From Myxococcota bacterium (GTDB taxonomy: Bacteria > Myxococcota_A > UBA9042 > PHBI01 > JAWLBL01), in NCBI GenBank assembly GCA_041687695.1, contig JAWLBL010000034.1, positions 1-60,379 of the forward strand: DNA of 60,379 bases. The letters run 5' to 3'. A program made the translations under genes and the position numbers. Shown piece after piece: positions 1 to 9,371 of the stretch (its first letter is position 1; the number at the start of each line of letters is the position of its first letter). The notes under the pieces are model-generated. The model saw only the letters and a program-made list of their open reading frames with translations, did not search any database and had not been told where the DNA came from.

Positions 1-490
1 GAATACGACACCCTCTTCCTACCAGTCGGCCGGGACCGTCGACCATCCATGCGCGCAGCGAGCTGCGCGAAGCCGGAGCACGAGCGAGCTCGTGCAGTCT
101 GGACGCCCCGTCGCGGCGCCCCCTGGGATCGCCGGCTTCCAGAGGGTGTCGCAAGAGGCCAACCGGAGTGCTCCACCTTGGTGGAGCCCCCATCCGGCGC
201 AGCTTGCTGCGCCGGGTATGGCGGCCCGATCCCGGCGGCAAGCCGCCGGGGCCGGGGCTCCGGCAAGCCGGAGCACTCCAAGGCCCCCTCGCCGGCATGA
301 ATACGACACCCTCTTCCTACCAGTCGGCCGGGACCGTCGACCATCCATGCGCGCAGCGAGCTGCGCGAAGCCGGAGCACGAGCGAGCTCGTGCAGTCTGG
401 ACGCCCCGTCGCGGCGCCCCCTGGGATCGCCGGCTTCCAGCCGGCCGGGTTCGGTGACCATCCCCTGGGATCGCCGGCTTCCAGCCGGCC
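1..490. repeat. REP/REPIN-like cluster: 142-bp direct repeat (1-142 and 299-440) flanking a four-hairpin element (165-279), plus CTGGGATCGCCGGCTTCCAG(CCGGC) palindromic units
   Basis: 1-142 is repeated at 299-440. 165-279 is bounded by the inverted repeat GGAGTGCTCC...GGAGCACTCC and contains the hairpins CTCCACC-TT-GGTGGAG, GCGCAGC-TT-GCTGCGC, CCCGGCGGC-AA-GCCGCCGGG and GCTCCGGC-AA-GCCGGAGC. The same element recurs at 45749-45862 and from 60056. Confidence 0.9.
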
Positions 491-590
491 GGAGTCGGTG
501 ACCCATCATGCGCGCGGCGAGCCGAGCGGAGGTGGAGCGCGCGCGAGTTCGAAGGCCGGTCGCTGCGGTGCGAAGGCGCCCCGCGCGGGG

Positions 591-2219
591 TCAGCGGGCC
601 GCGTCGGCCCAGTCGGCGAAGCCCTTCATCAGGGCTTTGAAGAAGAGATCGCCCAGCACGCGGGCGCCGGCGGGGGTCGCGTGGGCGAAGTCGCCCCAGC
701 CCAGACGCGGGTTGGCGTGGAACCAACGGCCCATCGAGCCCTCGCCGCCCATCGCGTCGAAGACTGAGTAGAACGCGCAGCCCTCGGCGAAGGCCACCTC
801 GCGTTGCACCGGTATCATCTTCAGCAGCTGCGGGTCGGTGCGGATGGCGCCGCGGTGGCGCTCGCCGTGGTCGAGCGGGCTCATCACCAGGCACGCCGCC
901 TCGGGGCGCGCCGTGCGGAAGCGGCGCACCACCTCGGTGAAGCTCTCGCGATACTTGTCCATGTTCATGCCGCGATCGACCAGCTCGTTGCCGCCGAACA
1001 TGATGACCATCAGGTCCGGACGCCGGTTCTGGATCTGCCTCGTCCAGTGCTCGGGGTCCGCGTTGAGCAGCCGCGCCCCGCGCGCGCCGACCAGGCCCAG
1101 GCAGTCGTAGACGACCCCGGGCAGCGAGCGCTCGAGCACGACGCCGTAGGCGCGCACGAGGCCCCCGCCGACGTTCTTGATCTCGAAGCGGTGCGGCCCG
1201 TCGGGCACCTCGGTCACGTGCACGCGGTCGGTCGGCGCGTCGGCGGCCGTCTTCACGACCTCGGGCTCGCCGTCGTCGACCTTCACCGCCAGGTCGCCGT
1301 GGCCAGGCGCCGCCAGGTAGTGCACCTCGAAGCGGCTGGCGTTGTGGCCGACCGGGCCCTTGTCGACGGTCTGGAAGCTGGCGCGGGCGCCCAGGTAGCC
1401 GCGCGCCGACACGCCGCCGAAGCCGTACAGGCCGTCCCGGGCCCCGCCGTCGATGATCTTCAGGGCCTTCCAGCCGCTGGTGCTGTAGCGGATGTCCTTC
1501 TGCCGGTACCAGTCCGAGCCCGACTCGATCAGCATGAAGCCGTGCCCCGAGTCGCCGAACTGGCGCTGCAGCAGACGCCGGGTCATCGAGGTCATCCCGT
1601 CGGCGGCGATGGCCGAGTCGCCCCAGTGCGAGACGCGGGTGATGGCGCCGGGCTCCTTGCGCGCCGTGCGGCCGAGGGCCTCGTAGAAGGGCTCCATGGC
1701 GCCCTTGGGATCCTCGATGGTGACCTCGACCCCGGCGTACAGGGCCTCGGGGACCTTGATGCGGGCCCGGGCGGGCGCGGACGGCGGCGCGTCGGGCCGT
1801 TCGGCGCCCGGGTCCACCAGCGCGGTCGCCGGGCCGGTCCCCGGCGGGACCTCGGGCTGGGGCTCGACCGTGATGGCGACCGCCGGCGGGTCGACGGCGT
1901 CGGCGTCGTCGTCGAGGCCGGCGGTGGCCTGCAGGGCCGCGACCTCGGACTCGTCGAGGCCGCTGGTGGTCAGCTGGCCGCCCGAGGCGTGGGCCAGCGA
2001 GGGGCCGCCGGTCTGGGGGTCGAACATGCCGGCGAACGGGGTGGGGTCCTCGGGGGTCCACACGCGGAAGCGCTCGGCGCCCGGGATGACGTACGGAGCG
2101 GCTGCCATCAACAGGACGCCGAGCAGGGAGACGACCGCCTTGGGGACGCCGGGGGGCAGGCCCTGCTCGTCCCACGGGTCGTTCGCGTCACGCGTCTGGC
2201 TGTCGCGGAAGCTGGCCAC
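591..2219 (-). CDS. Periplasmic SGNH/GDSL-family protein (Ape1/PatB-like O-acetyl esterase or transferase)
   Basis: Block I WGDSAIA, block III FGGNE and C-terminal DFAH (DxxH), with an N-terminal TM segment. The GTG start at 2219 has a GAGG RBS and lies just after the MBOAT stop; the track ORF start (2414) overlaps the MBOAT gene. Confidence 0.8.
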   Translation of the reverse strand: MASFRDSQTRDANDPWDEQGLPPGVPKAVVSLLGVLLMAAAPYVIPGAERFRVWTPEDPTPFAGMFDPQTGGPSLAHASGGQLTTSGLDESEVAALQATAGLDDDADAVDPPAVAITVEPQPEVPPGTGPATALVDPGAERPDAPPSAPARARIKVPEALYAGVEVTIEDPKGAMEPFYEALGRTARKEPGAITRVSHWGDSAIAADGMTSMTRRLLQRQFGDSGHGFMLIESGSDWYRQKDIRYSTSGWKALKIIDGGARDGLYGFGGVSARGYLGARASFQTVDKGPVGHNASRFEVHYLAAPGHGDLAVKVDDGEPEVVKTAADAPTDRVHVTEVPDGPHRFEIKNVGGGLVRAYGVVLERSLPGVVYDCLGLVGARGARLLNADPEHWTRQIQNRRPDLMVIMFGGNELVDRGMNMDKYRESFTEVVRRFRTARPEAACLVMSPLDHGERHRGAIRTDPQLLKMIPVQREVAFAEGCAFYSVFDAMGGEGSMGRWFHANPRLGWGDFAHATPAGARVLGDLFFKALMKGFADWADAAR

Positions 2220-2230
2220 GGCGCCCTCGC

Positions 2231-3661
2231 TCAGAACTGGAAGTAGATGAAGGGTTTCACGTCGCTGTGGGCGACCTGCATGATGAGCAGGATGGACGCG
2301 GTGACGAGGGCGCCCTGGGCGAAGGCGGGGACGCGCTCGAAGGCGGCGCCGAGGCGGTCGACCCAGGCGCGCGGCGTCCAGTGCACGATGAAGCTGCCCA
2401 CGAGCATCACCCACAGGGTCGGGGTCATGGCGGTGACGTGCCAGGTGCCCTGGAACAGGGCGTCGACGATGTCACCCGCCTGCCCGAACGACTGCGAGCG
2501 GAAGAGTATTCGGGTCATGACGACGAAGTGCAGCGTCAGGAAGATGCGCCAGGTCCAGCCCCACCAGTCCATCTTGGGTTTTTCGCGGCCGCGCACGTTC
2601 ACGCGCATGAAGCGGTTGATGCACATGGCCAGCGCGTGCAGGGCGCCGTAGACCACGAAGGTCCAGCTGGCGCCGTGCCACAGCCCGATGAGGATGAAGG
2701 TGATGAAGAGGTTGCGGTAGGTGAACCAGGCCCCGCCCTTGGAGCCGCCGAGCGGGTAGTACAGGTAGTCGCGCAGCCAGGTGCCCAGGCTCATGTGCCA
2801 GCGCTTCCAGAAGTCGGCGACGCTGGTGGCCAGATAGGGGCGGTTGAAGTTGTCGGGCAGGTGGAAGCCGAAGAGCAGCGCCGAGCCGATGGCGATGTCG
2901 GAGTAGGCCGAGAAGTCCATGTAGATCTGCATCGTGTAGCCGAACAGACCCAGGTAGACCTCGGCCGAGCTGAAGCGCTCGGGGGCGTCGAAGATGCGGT
3001 CGACCAGGTTGATGCCGATGTAGTCGGCGATGACGACCTTCTTGAACAGGCCGATGCCGATGAGCCACAGGGCGCGGCTGACCTGGTCGCGCGACAGGAA
3101 GGGGCGGCGGCCGATCTGGGGCAGGAAGTCGACGGCGCGGACGATGGGGCCCGCGATGAGCTGCGGGAAGTAGCCGACGAAGAACGAAAAGCGCATCAGG
3201 CTGCGCTCGGGCTTCAGCAGGCCGCGGTAGACGTCGATGGAGTAGCTCATCGTCTGGAACGTGTAGAAGCTGATGCCGGCGGGCAGCAGGATGTCCAGGC
3301 GGCTGAAGGTCATCCCGGCGCCGAACACGTTCGCGACGTCGACCAAGGACTCGTAGAAGAAGTTCGCGTACTTGAAGACACCCAGCAGGCCCAGGTTCAT
3401 GGCCAGGCTGAGGACGAGCCAGGCCTTCTTCGCGCGCGGGCGGCCCGACTCGGCGGCCTGCCCCATCTTCATGCCGGCGAAGTAGTCGGTCAGGGTCGAG
3501 GCGAAGATGAGCGTCAGGAACCAGGGGTTCGAGGCCGCGTAGAAGACGTAGCTGGCGACCGTCAGGAAGACGATGCGCATGAGGCCCGCGCGGGCGAGTC
3601 CCCAGTAGACGAGGAACACGACGACCAAGAAGATCGCGTACTCCAGGCTGTTGAACAGCAT
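2231..3661 (-). CDS. MBOAT family O-acyltransferase (AlgI/PatA/DltB-like)
   Basis: Motifs MLFNS, LPAGISFYTFQTMSY, FPQLIAGPI, DFSAYSDIAIG, NFNRPY, FWKRWHMSL, catalytic GLWHGA and C-terminal FIYFQF. Confidence 0.95.
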   Translation of the reverse strand: MLFNSLEYAIFLVVVFLVYWGLARAGLMRIVFLTVASYVFYAASNPWFLTLIFASTLTDYFAGMKMGQAAESGRPRAKKAWLVLSLAMNLGLLGVFKYANFFYESLVDVANVFGAGMTFSRLDILLPAGISFYTFQTMSYSIDVYRGLLKPERSLMRFSFFVGYFPQLIAGPIVRAVDFLPQIGRRPFLSRDQVSRALWLIGIGLFKKVVIADYIGINLVDRIFDAPERFSSAEVYLGLFGYTMQIYMDFSAYSDIAIGSALLFGFHLPDNFNRPYLATSVADFWKRWHMSLGTWLRDYLYYPLGGSKGGAWFTYRNLFITFILIGLWHGASWTFVVYGALHALAMCINRFMRVNVRGREKPKMDWWGWTWRIFLTLHFVVMTRILFRSQSFGQAGDIVDALFQGTWHVTAMTPTLWVMLVGSFIVHWTPRAWVDRLGAAFERVPAFAQGALVTASILLIMQVAHSDVKPFIYFQF

Positions 3662-3931
3662 CGCGGCCCCTCGAGGTGGTCAGCGCGAATCAGGGTGGCG
3701 TCGGGGCGGCCCTTGCTCGTTCGGGAGAGCGGCCCCGGATTAGACGCCGACCTGCCCGGCGTCAAGAAGTTCCGGAGTGAGCCCCCGAACCGCGCCCGTG
3801 TAAAGGTGCGGGACAGGGCACGCCGGGCCAGAGTCCAATGATTTCGACACCATTCCCGAGCGATGGGTGAAGTTGCACCATGACACGCCCCCCACCGGCA
3901 CGTTAGAGTCACCGTCGGGGGGCCCGGGGGC

Positions 3932-4900
3932 ATGCTCGAAGTCGACAGGACCAAGGCGGCGCTGTGCAGCGTCGACGCCACGACCGGCGAGGCGGCGCGC
4001 GAGCGGCTGTGCCAGGTCGTCAAGGCCGCGGCCGAGGCCGACCTGGTCGTGGCGTTCCGGGTGACCCGGGTCGAGGGGCGAGACCACTACGATGGCCTGG
4101 TGGCCTGCGGCGACCCCGACCTGCGCGAGCGGTGCGTGGCGCTCGACGGTCAGCCGATGCAGCGCCTGCCGTGGTCGGCCGAGCGCCCGCGCCCGCGCGA
4201 GATCAACCGGATGAGCGACCCCTACGCCTCGCTCGACGCGCGCCAACTCGAGCAGACCCCGGTGGTCCGCGACATCTACTTGCCCATGGGGGTGCTGTCC
4301 CAACCGCGCGTGCTGGCGTTCCAGGGGCGCGCCTTCGTGGGGTTCTTCGGCCTGATGTTCCGCCGCCCGGTCGCCGCCGACGAGCTGGCGACGCTGTCCC
4401 GCCTGACCTCGTCCCTGGTCGCCGGGATGCAGGCGGCCGAGGCCCTGGACGCGCCCACGCCCGAGGCGATGTTCCTCCTCACGCGCCCCGATGGGGCGCC
4501 GCTGCACGTGACCCCAGCCGCCCGCCGGTGGATCGGCGCGGCGGCCCTCGAGCGCATCGCCGCGCATGTGCGGCGGCTCGATCGCGGCGACGCGGCCGGG
4601 CTCCCGACCCAAGGGGCGGTGGCCGGCCTGGTCTACCGCATCGTCCGCATGACCGGCGACGGCCTGACCCGCTACCTGGTCACCTTCGAGGCCGCCGCCC
4701 CCATCACCCAGGCCCCCGACGCCCTGCTGACGCCCCGGCAGCGCGAGATCGCCCGCCACGCGGTCGCCGGCGCCACGGTCCCCGAGATCGCGCGGGCCAG
4801 CGGCCTGTCCCGGGAGACCGTCAAGAGCCACCTCAAGCAGATCTACCGCCGGCTCGAGGTCGGCAGCCGCGTCGAGCTGGCCGAGCGCCTGGCCGGCTGA
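3932..4900 (+). CDS. LuxR-family HTH transcriptional regulator with N-terminal GAF-like sensor region
   Basis: C-terminal LTPRQREIA...G...EIA...GLSRETVKSHLKQIYRRLEVGSRVEL is a LuxR/GerE HTH. Confidence 0.9.
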   Translation: MLEVDRTKAALCSVDATTGEAARERLCQVVKAAAEADLVVAFRVTRVEGRDHYDGLVACGDPDLRERCVALDGQPMQRLPWSAERPRPREINRMSDPYASLDARQLEQTPVVRDIYLPMGVLSQPRVLAFQGRAFVGFFGLMFRRPVAADELATLSRLTSSLVAGMQAAEALDAPTPEAMFLLTRPDGAPLHVTPAARRWIGAAALERIAAHVRRLDRGDAAGLPTQGAVAGLVYRIVRMTGDGLTRYLVTFEAAAPITQAPDALLTPRQREIARHAVAGATVPEIARASGLSRETVKSHLKQIYRRLEVGSRVELAERLAG

Positions 4901-4906
4901 CGCTCG

Positions 4907-5674
4907 TCACCGCGGCGGCACCCCCAGCAGCCAGGTGTAGGCCAGCGGCCCCTTGCCGCGGACGCGCTCGGCCGTGAACGTCCAGCCGGGAGCGTCGACC
5001 CGCGCCACGAGGGCGCGCAGCTCGTCGGGTGAGCGCGTGCGCAGGTGGCTCACCAGGCCGTCCCAGGCGATGGCCAGGGGCAGCACGGGCAGCAGGTAGG
5101 TGAAGAGCAGCCAGGGCCAGCGCACCGGGCGCACGAAGGGCATCGCGAACAGGACCGCGAGCGGGATGAGCGCCGAGCCGAGCACGGTCGGGACGGCGCG
5201 CTCGGACAGCTCGAAGATGGCGATGGGCTGCCGCGCGGCGACCGCGTCGCGCAGGACCCGCAGGGCCTGCGCGTCGTCGAAGTGGTGGAAGGCGTTGAAG
5301 ACGGTGCGCAGCCCGACCAGCTCGCGGGGCACGGCGGCGGCGTCGACCGGCGTGGCATGCACGGCGACGCCTTGCGCCGCCAGACGCCCCAGCGCGGCGC
5401 GGTTGGGCGCGAGATCGCTCAGGACGAGGTCGACCTCGCGCCCCTCGGCGCGCAGGACCTCGACGATCTCGACGACCGGCCCGCCCGCGCCCGAGCACAG
5501 GTCGACGATGCGGTCGCGCCCGCTCAGCTCCAGCGCCCGGGCCACCGCCGGGGCCAACAGGGCCGGCGCCCCCGCAGCCTGCTCGACGGTGCGCAGGTAG
5601 GCCGTCCCCGCGTCGCCCAGCACGGCCGGCCACGCGTCCAGATCCTGAAGCTCGAACAGGTGCACTCGTCCCAT
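4907..5674 (-). CDS. Class I SAM-dependent methyltransferase-like protein
   Basis: Motif I IVDLCSGAGGP, LSDL, VDA and FNAFHHF. ATG at 5674 follows a GGAGGA RBS. Confidence 0.85.
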   Translation of the reverse strand: MGRVHLFELQDLDAWPAVLGDAGTAYLRTVEQAAGAPALLAPAVARALELSGRDRIVDLCSGAGGPVVEIVEVLRAEGREVDLVLSDLAPNRAALGRLAAQGVAVHATPVDAAAVPRELVGLRTVFNAFHHFDDAQALRVLRDAVAARQPIAIFELSERAVPTVLGSALIPLAVLFAMPFVRPVRWPWLLFTYLLPVLPLAIAWDGLVSHLRTRSPDELRALVARVDAPGWTFTAERVRGKGPLAYTWLLGVPPR

Positions 5675-5815
5675 CGCGGCGTCTCCTCCTCGGCGGCTGG
5701 CGTGCAGCCTAACGCGCGCCCGGCCCCCGCTCCGATGACCGCCCGCGCCACCCCGACTGACCCGGCGCGCCACGGCCTCTTGTGGACCGACCCGGACTCG
5801 CCCCATCCTGCCGTC

Positions 5816-6838
5816 ATGCCACCCTCACCCCAGGTCGCGGCCTTGCTGGTCCGCCGCCTCGTCGACGTGCTGGTCTCGCGCGGCGCCCCCCGCGAGGCCC
5901 TGCTCGCCCGCGCCGCCCTCCCCCGCGGCGCCCTCGCCACGCTGCGCCTCCGCCTGCCCTGGTCCCACGTCGAGGACCTCATCGAGGCCGCCGAGGCCCT
6001 CACCGGCGACGACCGCCTGGGCCTGCACATCTCGCGCGCCCACGATCTCGACACCCTCGCCCTGCCCGGCCTGCTCTTCTTCGCCAGCCGCACCCTGGGC
6101 GACGCCGTGCGCCGCCTCGAGCGCGTCCAGCGCCTGTGGTCGGACGCCTACCGCGGCGTCGTCACCCTCGACCCGCCGCGCTTCACCTTCACCCTCCACG
6201 TCCCCGAGCGCCGCGCCTCGGTCCACCTGCGCGAGCAGGCCCTCGCCGACACCCTCGCCATCATGCGCGCCGCCACCGGCCGCCCCGTCGCGCCGACCGC
6301 CGTCCACTTCGCCCACCACCGCGGCGGCGACCTCAGCGAGTACGAGTCGTTCTTCGACGCCCCCGTCACCTTCGGCGCGCCCGCGACCCTCATGACCTTC
6401 GCCCCGGACGTGTTCGCTCTGCCCCTGGCCACCGCCAGCCCGCTCTTCGCCGAGCACTTCGAGCGCCAGGCCGCCGCCGAGCTGGCCCGCCTCCCCGCCG
6501 GCCAGACCCTCGCGGGTCGCGTCCGCGCCCTGCTCGACGACGATCTGGCCGCCCTCGAGCTGGCCACCACCTCGCTCGCCTCGGTCGCCGCCCGCCTCCG
6601 CGTGCCGGCGCGCAGCCTGCAACGCGCCCTCGCCCGCGAGGGCACCTCCTTCGCCGCGCTGCTCGACGCGCTCCGCCGCGAGGTCGCCGAGGAGCGCCTC
6701 ACGACCGGCGAGCCCATCGCGGAGGTCTCCTGGCGCCTGGGCTTCTCGGAGCCGGCGGCCTTCCACCGCGCCTTCAGGCGCTGGACCGGCCAGCCCCCCG
6801 ACGCATGGCGCCAGCGCGGCGGCCCCGGACGCCCCTGA
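5816..6838 (+). CDS. AraC-family transcriptional regulator (Arabinose_bd_2 type)
   Basis: C-terminal double HTH (RSLQRAL..EGTSF...; IAEVSWRLGFSEPAAFHRAFRRWTGQPP). Divergent from the methyltransferase. Start uncertain (5735 or 5816). Confidence 0.9.
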   Translation: MPPSPQVAALLVRRLVDVLVSRGAPREALLARAALPRGALATLRLRLPWSHVEDLIEAAEALTGDDRLGLHISRAHDLDTLALPGLLFFASRTLGDAVRRLERVQRLWSDAYRGVVTLDPPRFTFTLHVPERRASVHLREQALADTLAIMRAATGRPVAPTAVHFAHHRGGDLSEYESFFDAPVTFGAPATLMTFAPDVFALPLATASPLFAEHFERQAAAELARLPAGQTLAGRVRALLDDDLAALELATTSLASVAARLRVPARSLQRALAREGTSFAALLDALRREVAEERLTTGEPIAEVSWRLGFSEPAAFHRAFRRWTGQPPDAWRQRGGPGRP

Positions 6839-6856
6839 GCCGGGCGCGGAGCGCGC

Positions 6857-8731
6857 TCACCAGGCGAAGGTCAGGCTCGACTGCAGGGTCCACATCACAT
6901 CGGCACCCTCAGCCAGGCGCGGCGAGAGGGCGCGGCCGGCCGACAGGACGCCGGCCTCGGTCGACCAGCGCATCATGTAGCGGATGGGGGCGCCGGGGGC
7001 GACGGGCTCGCGGGGCAGCCACTCGAGGCGGGCGGCGACGTCGACCTCGACGCCCAGGGCGCAGGCCGGGTCGAAGGCGCTGCAGTCGTTGTCGGCGAAG
7101 GGGTCGTCCGCGTCGCGCGGGGCGTAGTAGTCGGCGACGAAGCCCAGGACGCGCCCGCCGTTGAGGGTGTCGGCCCAGGCGAGGACCGCCTGGCCGACGA
7201 GCTCGACCTGGTAGCCGACGCCGCCCAGGCGGTAGCGCGCCTTGGGCACGAGGTAGGTCGCGTTGGCGACGCCGCCGCCGCTGTGCAGGGCGTCCGAGGC
7301 GCGCCCGGCCGCCGTGTTGAAGGTGCGCGCCCGCACGGCCACCGGGAACATCAGCAGGCCCACCCGGTAGTCGGCGTGCATGGGGAACATCTCGAAGGTG
7401 GGGTCGCCGATGAGCTGCGCGTCGCCCGAGCTGTGGCCCAGCTCGACCAGCGCGTCCCAGGCGGGCGAGGTCAGGCCGAGGCGGACGGCGAAGTTCGTGA
7501 TGTCGCCCTCGGTGGCGTTGTCCGCGAGGCCGGTCTTCTCGTCGAAGAGCCCGCCCGGGATGATCTTGAGGCCGCGCGTCTCGCCCCGGATGAGCGCGAC
7601 CTCGCCCTCGGTGAGGACCGACGGCCCCGTCTCGGACAGCCCCACCTGCACGCGCCAGAAGGCGTCGATGATGTGCATCTCGCTGTAGGTGAAGTCCTGG
7701 CTGCGGTTGACGTAGATGGCCCCCAGGGTCAGCTCGTCGGTGTCGGCGACCAGGCGCAGGGCCGGGTCGCGCCAGATGAGGCCGGTGATCCACTGGCGGA
7801 CGTCGTCGTCGCACTTGGGGGTGGGCGCGGCGCCGTCCGGGTCGGTGGCGCCGCCGCAGGTCCGCTCGCCGAGGAAGCCGTAGGGGCCGGGCGCCGGGCG
7901 GGTGTCGACGGAGGCGGGTTTGCTGCCGAAGCCGAGCGCGTCCTGCACCAGCCAGTCGCGGCCGGCGATGAAGATGAGCGGCGTCTCGCTGCGGTCGCCC
8001 CGGGTGAGGGCGTTGTAGATGGTCAGCGGGCGCGTGGCGAAGAGGACGCGGTCGAAGGTCGAGCCGCCCTCGGCGTCGCCGAAGTCGTTGCGGAAGCCGT
8101 TGCCGTCGTTGAACAGCAGGCCGAGGCCGCCCTGCGACGCCTGACGGCCCACGCGCAGGACGCCGATGGGCAGCGCGGTCTCGAGCCACAGGCGGCGCAC
8201 ATGGACGGGCGGGCGCTCGTCGCCGCCGAGGCCGGTGGTCGAGGGGTTGCCGGCGAAGAGCGGGACCGCGGCCTGCCGGGCGTTGTCGCCCCAAAGGACG
8301 TTGTCCAGCACGTCGATCTGAGCGTACAGGGCGACCCGCGGGAGCACGCCGGCGGCCGGGTCGCCGCCCCAGCTCAGGCTGGGCTCGAGCCGCAGGCGGC
8401 TGAAGACCCAGGAGGCCTCGGTCGCGTCGTCGCGCCCGGTGTGGGCGGCCGAGGCCAGGCTGCCGTCGGCGTCGAGGCGGGCCACGGGCGCGTCGTCGAT
8501 CCACACGGCGCGGGTGCGGAAGTAGCCGCCGAAGTCGAACCGCAGGCCGCCCAGGGGGGCGGCGGGCGCGGGCGGCGGCGGGGCGACGACCGGGAGCGGG
8601 GCGGGCCGAGGCTCGTCCGCGGCTGGCGCGTCGGCGGGCGGAGCGTCGGCCGAGCCTGTGTCAGCGTGGGCAGCGCCCGCGATGGGCGCTACCAGCGAAC
8701 AGACCAGCAAGAGACGGGCGAAGTGGCGCAT
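6857..8731 (-). CDS. Probable outer-membrane beta-barrel protein (TIGR04551/alginate-export-like)
   Basis: Signal peptide MRHFARLLLVCSLVAPIAGAAHA. Motifs GYFRTR, RLRLEPSL, IDVLDNVLWG and VRRLW..LRVGRQ...GLGLLFNDG. Terminal alternating strand ending in an aromatic residue (LQSSLTFAW). Family name is from recollection, not from a search. Confidence 0.7.
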   Translation of the reverse strand: MRHFARLLLVCSLVAPIAGAAHADTGSADAPPADAPAADEPRPAPLPVVAPPPPAPAAPLGGLRFDFGGYFRTRAVWIDDAPVARLDADGSLASAAHTGRDDATEASWVFSRLRLEPSLSWGGDPAAGVLPRVALYAQIDVLDNVLWGDNARQAAVPLFAGNPSTTGLGGDERPPVHVRRLWLETALPIGVLRVGRQASQGGLGLLFNDGNGFRNDFGDAEGGSTFDRVLFATRPLTIYNALTRGDRSETPLIFIAGRDWLVQDALGFGSKPASVDTRPAPGPYGFLGERTCGGATDPDGAAPTPKCDDDVRQWITGLIWRDPALRLVADTDELTLGAIYVNRSQDFTYSEMHIIDAFWRVQVGLSETGPSVLTEGEVALIRGETRGLKIIPGGLFDEKTGLADNATEGDITNFAVRLGLTSPAWDALVELGHSSGDAQLIGDPTFEMFPMHADYRVGLLMFPVAVRARTFNTAAGRASDALHSGGGVANATYLVPKARYRLGGVGYQVELVGQAVLAWADTLNGGRVLGFVADYYAPRDADDPFADNDCSAFDPACALGVEVDVAARLEWLPREPVAPGAPIRYMMRWSTEAGVLSAGRALSPRLAEGADVMWTLQSSLTFAW

Positions 8732-8787
8732 GCGGAGCCTCGGCCGGCGGCCTCGGGGCGCTGTGGGACGGCGCAGGTGACCTGGCG

Positions 8788-9342
8788 TCAGTCGAGGTTG
8801 CCGGTGCAGGCGTAGAAGTCGTCGTTGCAGCCCTTGTCGTCCTGGCAGTCCTTGCACTGCTGGGCCTGCGGGTCGTCGATGCACTTGAGCAGGCACTCGC
8901 CGATGGTGCACAGGACGATGCGGCCGTAGCAGCCGGCGCAGCCGTCGGACAGCTGGACGCCCTTGCTGGTGACCATGCACTGGATGGCGCACGTGTCGGG
9001 GGTCGGGTGGTTCAGGCACGCGAGCCCGCAGTCGCCCGCCGCCTCGCGCGCCAGCTCGCGGCCGGTCTGGCCCTCGCCGACGTCCGAGTGCAGCCAGTTG
9101 AGGTCGGTCTCGTTCTGGCACTGGTCGACCACCGCCTCGGCGACGTCCTCGCCGACGTCGGCGGTCGCGTCGTCGCCAGCGGTGGTGTCGTCGCCGGTAC
9201 TGGTGTCCGCCTCTTGCTTGGTGTCGGGCGACTCGCCGCCGGTCGACTCGCTCTCGCAGGCCGCCAGCGTCGAGGCGGCCAGCAACAGGCCGAGGAGCAG
9301 GCCGCCCGAGCGGCGGAGGGCAGGCAGGGAGGGAAGGCTCAT
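8788..9342 (-). CDS. Small lipoprotein with an acidic linker and a 14-Cys helical domain
   Basis: Lipobox TLAAC, D/T/E-rich linker, then CQNE...CGLAC...CAIQC...CAGC...CTIGECLLKC...CKDC...C...FYACTG. It is the real C-terminal part of track ORF 8788..11436. Confidence 0.85.
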   Translation of the reverse strand: MSLPSLPALRRSGGLLLGLLLAASTLAACESESTGGESPDTKQEADTSTGDDTTAGDDATADVGEDVAEAVVDQCQNETDLNWLHSDVGEGQTGRELAREAAGDCGLACLNHPTPDTCAIQCMVTSKGVQLSDGCAGCYGRIVLCTIGECLLKCIDDPQAQQCKDCQDDKGCNDDFYACTGNLD

Positions 9343-9371
9343 CGAAGGCTCCACGAGGTGGTGAGGACGGT

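Noticed and set aside
19..520. Small ORFs within the terminal and 45.7-kb repeat clusters
   Set aside because: They are translations of REP-like palindromic repeats with no RBS or coding bias.
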